From positions 40,197-104,196 of the forward strand of contig JALNZW010000004.1 in assembly GCA_023229115.1 (NCBI GenBank): a stretch of DNA of 64,000 bases. Reading direction: 5' to 3'. The position numbers and the translations under genes were made by a program. This document shows, one piece after another, positions 8,552 through 16,844 of this stretch. A model generated the notes under the pieces. The model was not told where the DNA came from and searched no databases. It saw nothing but the letters and a program-made list of their open reading frames with translations. Each line of letters opens with the position of its first letter. Position 1 is the stretch's first letter. This DNA comes from Patescibacteria group bacterium. Lineage in GTDB: Bacteria; Patescibacteriota; Patescibacteriia; Patescibacteriales; UBA12465.

Positions 8552-8836
8552 ATGAAGAAAATTATTGCTTTAAGTGGTTTATCTTTAGCTCTTTTTATAG
8601 CTGGTTTAATATTTTTTACCAACTCTAGTGCTAACAATGCTTCAGCAAGCGATGTTGAGCAAAACACAAACAACAAAAGAAGCTCTTGTCCATATTTTGC
8701 TGAAAACGGAACATGTGGCTGTGTAGCTAATGGCGGAGAATGTAATTGTGGTCAAAAAGTAGCCAGCACTTGCACTGGGGACCCTATTAAACAGCAAGAA
8801 AAAAGAGCGACTTGTGGATGTCAAAATAATCAATAA
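8552..8836 (+). CDS. Small secreted Cys-rich protein (8 Cys; CGC / CNC motifs)
   Basis: Signal/TM segment IIALSGLSLALFIAGLIFF. The mature part is SSCPYFAENGTCGCVANGGECNCGQKVASTCTG...TCGCQNNQ. Followed by a terminator. Confidence 0.65.
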   Translation: MKKIIALSGLSLALFIAGLIFFTNSSANNASASDVEQNTNNKRSSCPYFAENGTCGCVANGGECNCGQKVASTCTGDPIKQQEKRATCGCQNNQ

Positions 8837-8850
8837 AATCAATTCACACA

Positions 8851-8883
8851 AAAACAGACCAAATTATTTTGGTCTGTTTTTTA
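8851..8883. terminator. Bidirectional terminator
   Basis: Stem CAGACC/GGTCTG (8855-8860 / 8871-8876), A-run before and T-run after. Sits between convergent genes. Confidence 0.7.
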
Positions 8884-8900
8884 TTTTACAAAAAAACTCT

Positions 8901-9305
8901 TTAGTTGCCCCCTTTTTTTAACTCATACAACTCCTTAGATTTTCTAGTTATAGCTAAAATAGTCAAAACAGCAATATAAGCTGAAATTATAGAACCAGAT
9001 AATTCATATAATTTTCCATACAACATATCTAAAATAAAAAGAATTCCAACCAAAACAGACCAAATAACAACAAAAACCTCCCCCGGATGACCATCTTTGT
9101 GTTGGTCGTACCAACGCTCAAACTCTTTATTACTAACATAAATAGCCAGAATACTAACATAAATGGTGGCCGTAGCACTAATTATCCCATCGTAAGCATT
9201 AAAATTAACAAAATCAATAATTATAATAGTAAAAAAGAAGAAAGACCAGGCATTTATTAGCTTGCGCCAAAAATTAAAATTGTTTTTCTGTTTATTTTTT
9301 TTCAT
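8901..9305 (-). CDS. Small integral membrane protein (4 TM), hypothetical
   Basis: ORF with four hydrophobic segments. ATG at 9305 (MKKNKQKNN...) preferred over the upstream start at 9320. Confidence 0.55.
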   Translation of the reverse strand: MKKNKQKNNFNFWRKLINAWSFFFFTIIIIDFVNFNAYDGIISATATIYVSILAIYVSNKEFERWYDQHKDGHPGEVFVVIWSVLVGILFILDMLYGKLYELSGSIISAYIAVLTILAITRKSKELYELKKGGN

Positions 9306-9338
9306 AAACAATACCTCCAAAAAAATATAATAAAAAAA

Positions 9339-10535
9339 TTACTTACTATCCTTAATAATATAAACAAAATAAAAACTAAATAAAAATATAGCAGCTAAAA
9401 ATAGAAATAAATATTGAACCTCATAAAAACTTAAAATTAAAACACCCAAACCAGAGCCAACTAAATAACCTAGAGGATATGATGTTCTCAAAAAATTTAT
9501 ATGACTAACATTTTCAGCGTCAACAATTTTAAAAAACCTTGATTCTCTCATCGCTTCAATTAAAGCAGCCCCAATTCTACTAAAAAATAAAATTCCGCCC
9601 CAGACAAAAATAGAGCTAGACTTTACAAAGAAAAACAAAAGTAAAGAAATCATTAATATTAACAATCCGGTAAACATTAATTCTTTTTCTCCCAAATATT
9701 TATCAGCTAAAAACCCAGCTGGTATTTCAAATAAAACAAAAGGTATAAGCATAATTGAGAACATAACACCCAAAACTGACCAATCAAAACCAATAACGCT
9801 ATGTAAATAAATAGGAATAAAAACAACGGCTGAATTGAAAAATAAATTTAAGAAAAAAGAAACAAAATAAACTCCTTTTAAGCTAGGATTTTTCCAAAAG
9901 TCAACAATTGTCTGCCAAAGATTCATTTTATCATAAGCAACAACCTTGCTAACCCTTTTTTCATTAAAAACAATTACAAAATAAAAAAACAAAAGTAAAA
10001 TAGCTGAAACTAAATAAACTAAATTATAATGATCATTGCCAATAACCAATCTAGAGGCTAGCATCGGAGAAAAAATCCAGCCTAAATTCATAAAAGTAAA
10101 ATAAATAGCCCTGGTTTTGCCAGTACTGGAATTATCAGTAAAACTCTCCACAAACAAATCCATGTTAATCCATAAAAGATTAGAAGTAATCCACATTCCA
10201 ATAAAAAACACAAAAAGCCAAATAGGCGCTGGACTCATCATTAAAATCATCAAAGAGACAATATTTAAAAGCATCACTAATTTTGAAGATAAAAGATTAC
10301 TAAACCTTCTAATCATGGCTGGAAAAAACAACATAGCAAAAAAAGTAGCAATATTGGCGGCCACAAAAAATAAACCAACCATTCTAGTATCAACAAAATT
10401 TTCTATAAAACTAGAATTTATATAAGCTGGAAAAGCAGAAGAAAGGGCTAAAACAAAACCAGCTAAATATAAAATGATTAAGCTTTTTTTAATTTTAAAA
10501 TTAGAAATTTTTCCAAAAAGATGAAATCTATACAT
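9339..10535 (-). CDS. MFS-type transporter
   Basis: 398 aa with about 12 TM segments in a 6+6 arrangement and a basic loop between TM2 and TM3 (FPAMIRRFSN). Confidence 0.6.
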   Translation of the reverse strand: MYRFHLFGKISNFKIKKSLIILYLAGFVLALSSAFPAYINSSFIENFVDTRMVGLFFVAANIATFFAMLFFPAMIRRFSNLLSSKLVMLLNIVSLMILMMSPAPIWLFVFFIGMWITSNLLWINMDLFVESFTDNSSTGKTRAIYFTFMNLGWIFSPMLASRLVIGNDHYNLVYLVSAILLLFFYFVIVFNEKRVSKVVAYDKMNLWQTIVDFWKNPSLKGVYFVSFFLNLFFNSAVVFIPIYLHSVIGFDWSVLGVMFSIMLIPFVLFEIPAGFLADKYLGEKELMFTGLLILMISLLLFFFVKSSSIFVWGGILFFSRIGAALIEAMRESRFFKIVDAENVSHINFLRTSYPLGYLVGSGLGVLILSFYEVQYLFLFLAAIFLFSFYFVYIIKDSK

Positions 10536-10588
10536 AAGTTTACAAGGCCAAAATTAAACAAAATAAGAGTTTTAAATTGGCATCTATA

Positions 10589-11431
10589 TTATTGTTTTTT
10601 ATAATAAAATTTAAAAATTAAAAAGAAAGATAATATAATTATCAACAAGCTCATCACCTGTGGGAATCTTAAACCTAAAAAAACAGGGGTAAAATCAATT
10701 CTAATAAATTCCAGAAAAAAACGCAAAACAGAATATAAAATTAAGTATGTAACACTTATTAAGAGCTTTGTTCTAAAATTTATTTTATTTTTCTTAAAAA
10801 AATAAAAATGGAGACAAATTAAAACAACAAATATAAAAATAGACCCCAGCGATTCATATAAAAAAGTTGGATGAAAAAAATCGTTGAAAATATACTCAAC
10901 CGGTCTATTTAAAATATTTATTGGTATTCCCCAAGATAAATCTGTCGGCCTACCGAAAAGCTCCTGATTGAAATAATTACCCCATCTACCAACAGCTTGA
11001 GCCAAGGCTAAACCAGGAACAATAATAAAAGATAAAGAAAAAAAATCGTCCCAAAAATTTTGTCCCTTTAAGCCTCTTATTTTTTTATTTTTTACAAAAA
11101 AATACAAAACAATAATTCCCGCTAAAATTCCGCCGTGAATAGCCAAGCCTCCTTGCCAAATTTTTAAAATATCTAGGGGATGCTTTATATAATACTCCCA
11201 TTCCAAAAAACCATCATAAATTCTAGCACCAATTATACCAAAAACAATTAAATAAAAAGACAGGTCAAAAAGATCGTCTCTGTTTATTTTATATTTTTTA
11301 GCTAAAAACAAAGAAACCAACAAAGCTAAGATAATCGCCAAAACAACAAAAACCCCATACCAATAAATTTTAACAAAACCGAGGGAGATTAAAACTGAAT
11401 TTGGTTCAAAGCTATGTAAAAACTTAAACAT
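10589..11431 (-). CDS. lgt: Prolipoprotein diacylglyceryl transferase
   Basis: Motifs GGLAIHGGILAG, GRWGNYFNQELFGRPT and HPTFLYESL, plus the expected polytopic membrane profile. Confidence 0.9.
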   Translation of the reverse strand: MFKFLHSFEPNSVLISLGFVKIYWYGVFVVLAIILALLVSLFLAKKYKINRDDLFDLSFYLIVFGIIGARIYDGFLEWEYYIKHPLDILKIWQGGLAIHGGILAGIIVLYFFVKNKKIRGLKGQNFWDDFFSLSFIIVPGLALAQAVGRWGNYFNQELFGRPTDLSWGIPINILNRPVEYIFNDFFHPTFLYESLGSIFIFVVLICLHFYFFKKNKINFRTKLLISVTYLILYSVLRFFLEFIRIDFTPVFLGLRFPQVMSLLIIILSFFLIFKFYYKKQ

Positions 11432-11474
11432 CTATAATCAATTAGAGTGACCAAAGTCTATTGGGTCAATAAAG

Positions 11475-11556
11475 TGCGGGCGGAGAGACTCGAACTCTCA
11501 TGGATTGCTCCGCTTGCTCCTAAGGCAAGTGCGTATACCAATTTCGCCACGCCCGC
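11475..11556 (-). tRNA. tRNA-Leu (anticodon TAG)
   Basis: Reverse complement folds as acceptor GCGGGCG/CGCCCGC, anticodon stem CTTGC/GCAAG with loop CTTAGGA, long variable arm, T-loop GAGAGTTCGAGTCTCTC. Confidence 0.9.
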
Positions 11557-11683
11557 AAAATATATAGACATATTAATATAAAGCAAAGATAATTTCAAGA
11601 GCAAATAAAAAAAGTTTTATTCAAAAATAAAAATATGTTATAATGAATTAAATTAAAAAATAAAAATTTAATATTTAAAAATT

Positions 11684-14092
11684 ATGGCCAAGCAAACTTT
11701 TATCAAGTTTTTTGATGAATTACGAATCAAAGACGTGCCTATGGTGGGCGGAAAAAATGCCTCATTAGGAGAAATGTATCAAAAACTTTCTAGTCAAAAT
11801 ATCAATGTTCCTTTTGGCTTCGCAACAACATCTTCTGCTTACAATTACTTCATGGAAAAAAGTGGTTTAAAAAACAAAATTAAAGAAATTTTAAAAGATT
11901 TAAACACAAAAAGCGTTCAAAATTTAATGACTAGAGGTGAAAAAGTGAGACAAGAAATATTAAAAACAGAACTACCAAAAGATTTAGAAAAAGAAATAAC
12001 AACTGCTTACAAAAAACTTTCTTCTTTTTATAAAAAAGAAAATGTTGACGTTGCTGTTAGATCTTCTGCTACAGCTGAAGACTTGCCAGATGCCTCTTTT
12101 GCAGGTCAACAAGAAACCTATTTAAATATTAGCGGCCCAGAAGATTTATTGATTGCTGTTAGAAAATGCATAGCTTCTCTTTTTACTAACAGGGCCATTT
12201 CCTATAGAACCGACAAAGGTTTTGACCACTTTAACATTGCTCTATCAGTTGGTGTTCAAAAAATGTCTCGATCTGACCTAGGTGCATCTGGTGTTATGTT
12301 TACTATTGATACAGAGTCAGGCTTTAAAAATGCCGTTTTGATTCATTCTATTTATGGCCTAGGAGAAAATATAGTTCAAGGGAAGGTTAATCCAGATCAA
12401 TTTTTTGTTTTTAAACCAACCAAAAAAATAATTTATCGTACTATTGGTAAAAAAGCGATTAAAATGATTTATAACAACGACCATAATAAACCAGTAAAAG
12501 ATGTCGCTGTTAGTCTTAAAGATCAAGCCAAACAATCAATTACTGACGAACAAGTAATTAAATTGGCTGAGTGGGGTATGGCGATTGAAAAACACTACGG
12601 CAAGGCCATGGATATTGAATGGGCTTATGATGGACAAGACAAAAAACTTTATATCATCCAAGCCAGACCAGAAACAGTAGAAAGTGCCAGAAATTTAAAT
12701 ATTTTAGAAAGATATCGATTAAGCAAAAGAGGTAAAATAGTTGTATCAGGACAAAGCGTTGGCAACAGAATCGGTTCAGGTGTAGCTAATAAAATAATGA
12801 GTGTTAAAGATATCAAGAAATTTAAACCTGGACAAGTATTGGTTACTGACATGACGGACCCTGATTGGGAGCCAATTATGAAAATTGCCTCAGCCATCGT
12901 TACTGATAAGGGTGGTCGAACTTGTCACGCTGCTATCATCTCCCGTGAAATGGGAATCCCTTGTGTAGTGGGCACAAATAATGGTAGTCAAAAAATAAAA
13001 AGCGGAGAAAGCTTTACTGTAAGTTGTGCTGAGGGAGAAGTTGGTTTTGTTTATCAAGGAAAAATTCCTTTTAAAATAGAAAAAACCGACATTGGTAAAA
13101 TAGCTAGACCAAAAACCAAAATAATGATGAATATTGCTGAACCAGACACCGCTTTTATGAACTCTTTTATACCCAATGATGGAGTTGGATTGGCTCGATT
13201 AGAATTTATTATTAATAACTTTATTAAAGTTCATCCTTTAGCTTTAATTAATTATAAAAAATTAAAAGATAAAAAGTTAAAAAATACAATAGATAAAATA
13301 ACCGAAGGATATAGTGATAAAAGCAAATTCTTTGTTGATAAATTGTCGGAAGGAGTTGCCATGTTAGCTGCTGCTTTTTATCCTAAAGACGTTATTGTTC
13401 GCTTATCAGACTTTAAAACTAACGAATATGCTAATTTAATAGGAGGAAAAGATTATGAACCAGTTGAATCTAACCCAATGATTGGTTGGCGTGGAGCTAG
13501 TCGTTATTATTCTAAAAGTTTCTTGCCAGCTTTTAAATTGGAATGTCAGGCATTAAAAAGAGTAAGAGATGAGCTTGGTTTAACCAATCTTAAAATAATG
13601 ATTCCTTTCTGTCGAACAGTTGAAGAAGGACAAAGAGTTTTAAAAATTATGGAAGAAAATGGTTTAAAGAGAGGTCAAAACGGATTAGAAGTTTATGTTA
13701 TGGCTGAGATTCCAGCTAATGTTATTTTAGCCGAAAAATTTGCTAAAATCTTTGATGGTTTTTCAATTGGATCAAATGACTTAACTCAATTAACATTAGG
13801 AATAGATCGTGACTCAGGCGGAACACTGGAGGTGGCCGGGATTTCTAATGAAAAGAATGAGGCCGTAAAAGAATTAGTCAGACAGTTAATCTCGGTTGCT
13901 AAAAAAACAAAAACTAAGGTTGGTATTTGTGGACAAGCTCCAAGCGATTTCCCGGACTTTGCTGAATTTCTAGTTGAATGTGGAATAGATAGTATTTCTT
14001 TAATTCCAGATTCAATTATTAAAACAACCATAGCTGTTAATGCTAAAGAAAAATCATTAAAATCCAAAGCTAGGTTTCTTGGTTTGTTCTAA
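11684..14092 (+). CDS. ppsA: Phosphoenolpyruvate synthase (pyruvate, water dikinase)
   Basis: 802 aa. N-terminal ATP-grasp region (VGGKNASLGEM), phosphohistidine swivel motif GGRTCHAAIISREMGIPCVVG, and a C-terminal PEP-utilising TIM domain. Confidence 0.92.
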   Translation: MAKQTFIKFFDELRIKDVPMVGGKNASLGEMYQKLSSQNINVPFGFATTSSAYNYFMEKSGLKNKIKEILKDLNTKSVQNLMTRGEKVRQEILKTELPKDLEKEITTAYKKLSSFYKKENVDVAVRSSATAEDLPDASFAGQQETYLNISGPEDLLIAVRKCIASLFTNRAISYRTDKGFDHFNIALSVGVQKMSRSDLGASGVMFTIDTESGFKNAVLIHSIYGLGENIVQGKVNPDQFFVFKPTKKIIYRTIGKKAIKMIYNNDHNKPVKDVAVSLKDQAKQSITDEQVIKLAEWGMAIEKHYGKAMDIEWAYDGQDKKLYIIQARPETVESARNLNILERYRLSKRGKIVVSGQSVGNRIGSGVANKIMSVKDIKKFKPGQVLVTDMTDPDWEPIMKIASAIVTDKGGRTCHAAIISREMGIPCVVGTNNGSQKIKSGESFTVSCAEGEVGFVYQGKIPFKIEKTDIGKIARPKTKIMMNIAEPDTAFMNSFIPNDGVGLARLEFIINNFIKVHPLALINYKKLKDKKLKNTIDKITEGYSDKSKFFVDKLSEGVAMLAAAFYPKDVIVRLSDFKTNEYANLIGGKDYEPVESNPMIGWRGASRYYSKSFLPAFKLECQALKRVRDELGLTNLKIMIPFCRTVEEGQRVLKIMEENGLKRGQNGLEVYVMAEIPANVILAEKFAKIFDGFSIGSNDLTQLTLGIDRDSGGTLEVAGISNEKNEAVKELVRQLISVAKKTKTKVGICGQAPSDFPDFAEFLVECGIDSISLIPDSIIKTTIAVNAKEKSLKSKARFLGLF

Positions 14093-14117
14093 AAGAATCA
14101 AATAAAACAAATAAAAA

Positions 14118-14148
14118 ACGAGGTCTAAACTAAAAGGCCTCGTTTTTT
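14118..14148 (+). terminator. Rho-independent terminator of ppsA
   Basis: Stem ACGAGG/CCTCGT followed by a T-run (14143-14148). Confidence 0.7.
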
Positions 14149-14209
14149 AAAAAAAACAAAATAAAACAAATAGAAAAAAATAAGCCAAAAACAAAGGAAA
14201 ACCCAACTC

Positions 14210-14238
14210 TTGACAAATATTTTCAAATATGATATAAT
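14210..14238 (+). promoter_or_regulatory. Consensus sigma-70 promoter TTGACA-N17-TGaTATAAT
   Basis: TTGACA at 14210-14215, 17-nt spacer, TG-extended TATAAT at 14233-14238. Lies about 115 nt upstream of the ATG at 14353, leaving a leader with a 10-bp inverted repeat TTAATATCTA/TAGATATTAA. Confidence 0.65.
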
Positions 14239-14352
14239 TATCTGTTAGAATATAGTTCTTTAAAAAAGTTTTGACGTAGTTAATATCTAAAAGATTCTTA
14301 TTATTAAGAGTTTTCTAGATATTAATTATGTTAAACTAAAAAAACAAAAATC

Positions 14353-15093
14353 ATGAAAAAAGTAGCCGTATTTTTAGCAGCCATTTTTGTGTCGATATCA
14401 ATGTTTGCACAAAACACTTTAGAGATTGTTAAAAATCTCAACGAAGCTCGTAAAACTGAATTAGAAATGATTAACACTAGAGCCGGAAGTCTTTTACCGA
14501 CCAAACAAGCCAAATTTATTAAAAAAGAGTCTAGGCTTGTTAATAAGCGTTATGACGAATTAATCGCTCAAGCATTAAAACAAGAAGGAAAACAAGAAGA
14601 ACAGAATCATGGCAGAAGAATCGCCGGAGCTAATATGGAAGTTCAAAATGGCCAAGGTAGTTTTTCAGCTAAAAGTCCAAGTATAACTAGGGGGGCCAAT
14701 GCTTATGCCACAGTAACTGTAGCAGATGCTAACGCTACTCTAATTAGATCTCTTTCTCAAAATGGTAATGGTAATGGAAATATTGTTTCAGCCAACTCTA
14801 TTAGAAACACTGGCCTAGAAGGTGTTGTAGCTAACAGAAATCGTTACGGAGAAATGAAAATAACAATAGAAGGAGTTAGCGCTGGCAACAGATTTAAAAA
14901 AACATACTTATTGAATCCTAGCCAAAGTATAAACGACTACTTATTACCTGGAAGGTACAAAGCTATAATCCAACAACCAGGAAAGACCCCTTTAACAGAA
15001 GAATTTGATGTTTTAGGAGGTCAAAACATGTCTCACAACTACGAGGGGCGACCAGTATTTTGGGCCGTTTGGGGTGGTACGAGAGGTTATTAA
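14353..15093 (+). CDS. Secreted hypothetical protein
   Basis: Signal peptide MKKVAVFLAAIFVSISMFAQN. The mature protein is N/G/Q-rich and has no motif I recognise. Visibly higher GC than its neighbours. Confidence 0.65.
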   Translation: MKKVAVFLAAIFVSISMFAQNTLEIVKNLNEARKTELEMINTRAGSLLPTKQAKFIKKESRLVNKRYDELIAQALKQEGKQEEQNHGRRIAGANMEVQNGQGSFSAKSPSITRGANAYATVTVADANATLIRSLSQNGNGNGNIVSANSIRNTGLEGVVANRNRYGEMKITIEGVSAGNRFKKTYLLNPSQSINDYLLPGRYKAIIQQPGKTPLTEEFDVLGGQNMSHNYEGRPVFWAVWGGTRGY

Positions 15094-15099
15094 AAAAAC

Positions 15100-15130
15100 A
15101 AAAAAGACACAAATAAACGTGTCTTTTTTT
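15100..15130. terminator. Bidirectional terminator (end of secreted-protein gene and of pilin operon)
   Basis: Stem AAGACAC/GTGTCTT (15104-15110 / 15119-15125) flanked by an A-run and a T-run. Confidence 0.75.
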
Positions 15131-15145
15131 CTTATACAAAAATAT

Positions 15146-15601
15146 TTAATTTTGAGTTCTAGTAGTTCCTCCCTGTGTTTGAGAACTACTTCCCGCTGGT
15201 AAATTTCTAAATACGAAAGCCGTTATAGCATAAGCCATAATAACAACCACAACCCCAATAACTGCATTCTTTATTCTGTTTTTAGCTTGATTGACTTGAT
15301 CCTCATTTCCACCGGCCGTCATCCACTGATAACCACTGAAAATCATTAAAACTAAAAAAACAATGCCCAACAAAGATAAAACAGTTTTAATAATACTACC
15401 TATTATACTATCGGCGCTAGCCCCCGAATAACCTGACTCCCTAAAAAAAGCACCTGTCTGCGAATCTCTACTGACAGTACCCGTGAACTGATCTGATTGG
15501 TTAGGTTCATTTTGTGCCTCTAGACTTAAAGGAGAAAAAAAGAGAAAGGAAAAAAGCAAAACAAAGGAAGTTTTAATAAAAAAATTTTTAACACTTTTCA
15601 T
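15146..15601 (-). CDS. VirB2/TrbC-like pilin paralog P1
   Basis: Signal peptide, helix 1, loop GYQWMTAGGNEDQVNQAKNRIKNAVIG, helix 2, and a Gly/Ser/Thr/Gln-rich C-terminal tail. Confidence 0.75.
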   Translation of the reverse strand: MKSVKNFFIKTSFVLLFSFLFFSPLSLEAQNEPNQSDQFTGTVSRDSQTGAFFRESGYSGASADSIIGSIIKTVLSLLGIVFLVLMIFSGYQWMTAGGNEDQVNQAKNRIKNAVIGVVVVIMAYAITAFVFRNLPAGSSSQTQGGTTRTQN

Positions 15602-15611
15602 ATTTATAAAA

Positions 15612-16010
15612 TTAAAGTAAATTTGTATTCAAAAGATATTGGTCAACCAATCTCCAAATAGCAAAGGCTGAAACAACTAAAATTAAACCAATAATTGCAT
15701 TTTTTATTCTACTTTTAGCTTGACTAACTTGTTCTTCATTGCCCCCGGCCGTCATCCACTGATAACCACCTAGAATAATAAGAATTACAAAAATTATTCC
15801 CAAAAAAGAAAGGGCCGTATTAACTATTCTTCCAATAGTTCCTGCCAAACTAGTTTCATCAGCGGCAGAAAAACCAGCCAAAGAACCAGTTCTCTCTAAA
15901 CGATTAGCAATAGTGCCATTACTTATCTGAGCTAAGGCCAAAAACGGCAAAGTTAACATAGCGGTTAAAATCAAGATAAAAGAAAATTGTTTAATAGTTT
16001 TTTTTAACAT
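15612..16010 (-). CDS. VirB2/TrbC-like pilin paralog P2
   Basis: Signal peptide ending LALAQ, followed by GGYQWMTAGGNEEQVSQAKSRIKNAIIG and a second helix. Confidence 0.75.
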   Translation of the reverse strand: MLKKTIKQFSFILILTAMLTLPFLALAQISNGTIANRLERTGSLAGFSAADETSLAGTIGRIVNTALSFLGIIFVILIILGGYQWMTAGGNEEQVSQAKSRIKNAIIGLILVVSAFAIWRLVDQYLLNTNLL

Positions 16011-16032
16011 AATAAGTATTTAAATTTTAATT

Positions 16033-16437
16033 TTAATTTGGAATATCGGGGCCAGCACTTACAAAAATATTCAAAACTAGCCAGCTTAAACCGTAAGAAA
16101 GTAAAACCACCACCAAACCAACAGCCGCATTTTTAATTATTTTTTTAGCTTTATCTACTTCTTGATCATTGCCGCCAGCCATCATCCATAAAAAACCGCC
16201 ATAAATAATCAAAATACCAAAAATAACACCCAAAAAACCAAGAATAGAGGAAATAACTATACCAACAACATCTTCAATCTGAGCACCGCCACTAGTATTA
16301 AAACCCATTTTGTTGGCTGAATTATTAAGATCAAAAGCATTTCCCAGGTTTTTAGCCGAAACAGGACCAAAAGTAAAAAAACTAATCAGAAAAACAAACA
16401 AAAGAAATAATATTTTATTTTTAAAAAAAGTAAACAT
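16033..16437 (-). CDS. VirB2/TrbC-like pilin paralog P3
   Basis: Signal peptide, then GGFLWMMAGGNDQEVDKAKKIIKNAAVG and a second helix. Confidence 0.75.
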   Translation of the reverse strand: MFTFFKNKILFLLFVFLISFFTFGPVSAKNLGNAFDLNNSANKMGFNTSGGAQIEDVVGIVISSILGFLGVIFGILIIYGGFLWMMAGGNDQEVDKAKKIIKNAAVGLVVVLLSYGLSWLVLNIFVSAGPDIPN

Positions 16438-16440
16438 ATT

Positions 16441-16833
16441 TTACTGAAAATTAAAAGCGCTAATAACTAATACACTTATAGAATAAGCACTAACCACTAT
16501 AAACAAACCTATAATCGACTGTACTATTATAGATTTAGCTTTTTCAACTTGTTGATCATTACCTCGAGCTGTCATCCATAACACACCTCCATAAACAAGC
16601 AAGACAACAAAAATAACACCAATAAAAGAAATTATAGTTTGAATAACTGATCCAATTGAAGATTCTAAATCGGCACTACTTTTAAAGATTTTAGAACTAG
16701 TATGTCCAGTCTTTTCACCAGCTGAGCTTAAACCAGTTTGCTCCGAAAAATTAAAAGCATTAACAAAAAAAGGACTAAAGAAAAAAAACAAACAAAAAAC
16801 AATTATAAACATTTTTATTTTTTTCTTTTTCAT
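16441..16833 (-). CDS. VirB2/TrbC-like pilin paralog P4
   Basis: GGVLWMTARGNDQQVEKAKSIIVQSIIG. The start at M13 (16833) avoids overlap with P5; the track start is 16869. Confidence 0.7.
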   Translation of the reverse strand: MKKKKIKMFIIVFCLFFFFSPFFVNAFNFSEQTGLSSAGEKTGHTSSKIFKSSADLESSIGSVIQTIISFIGVIFVVLLVYGGVLWMTARGNDQQVEKAKSIIVQSIIGLFIVVSAYSISVLVISAFNFQ

Positions 16834-16844
16834 AAAATTAAAAA

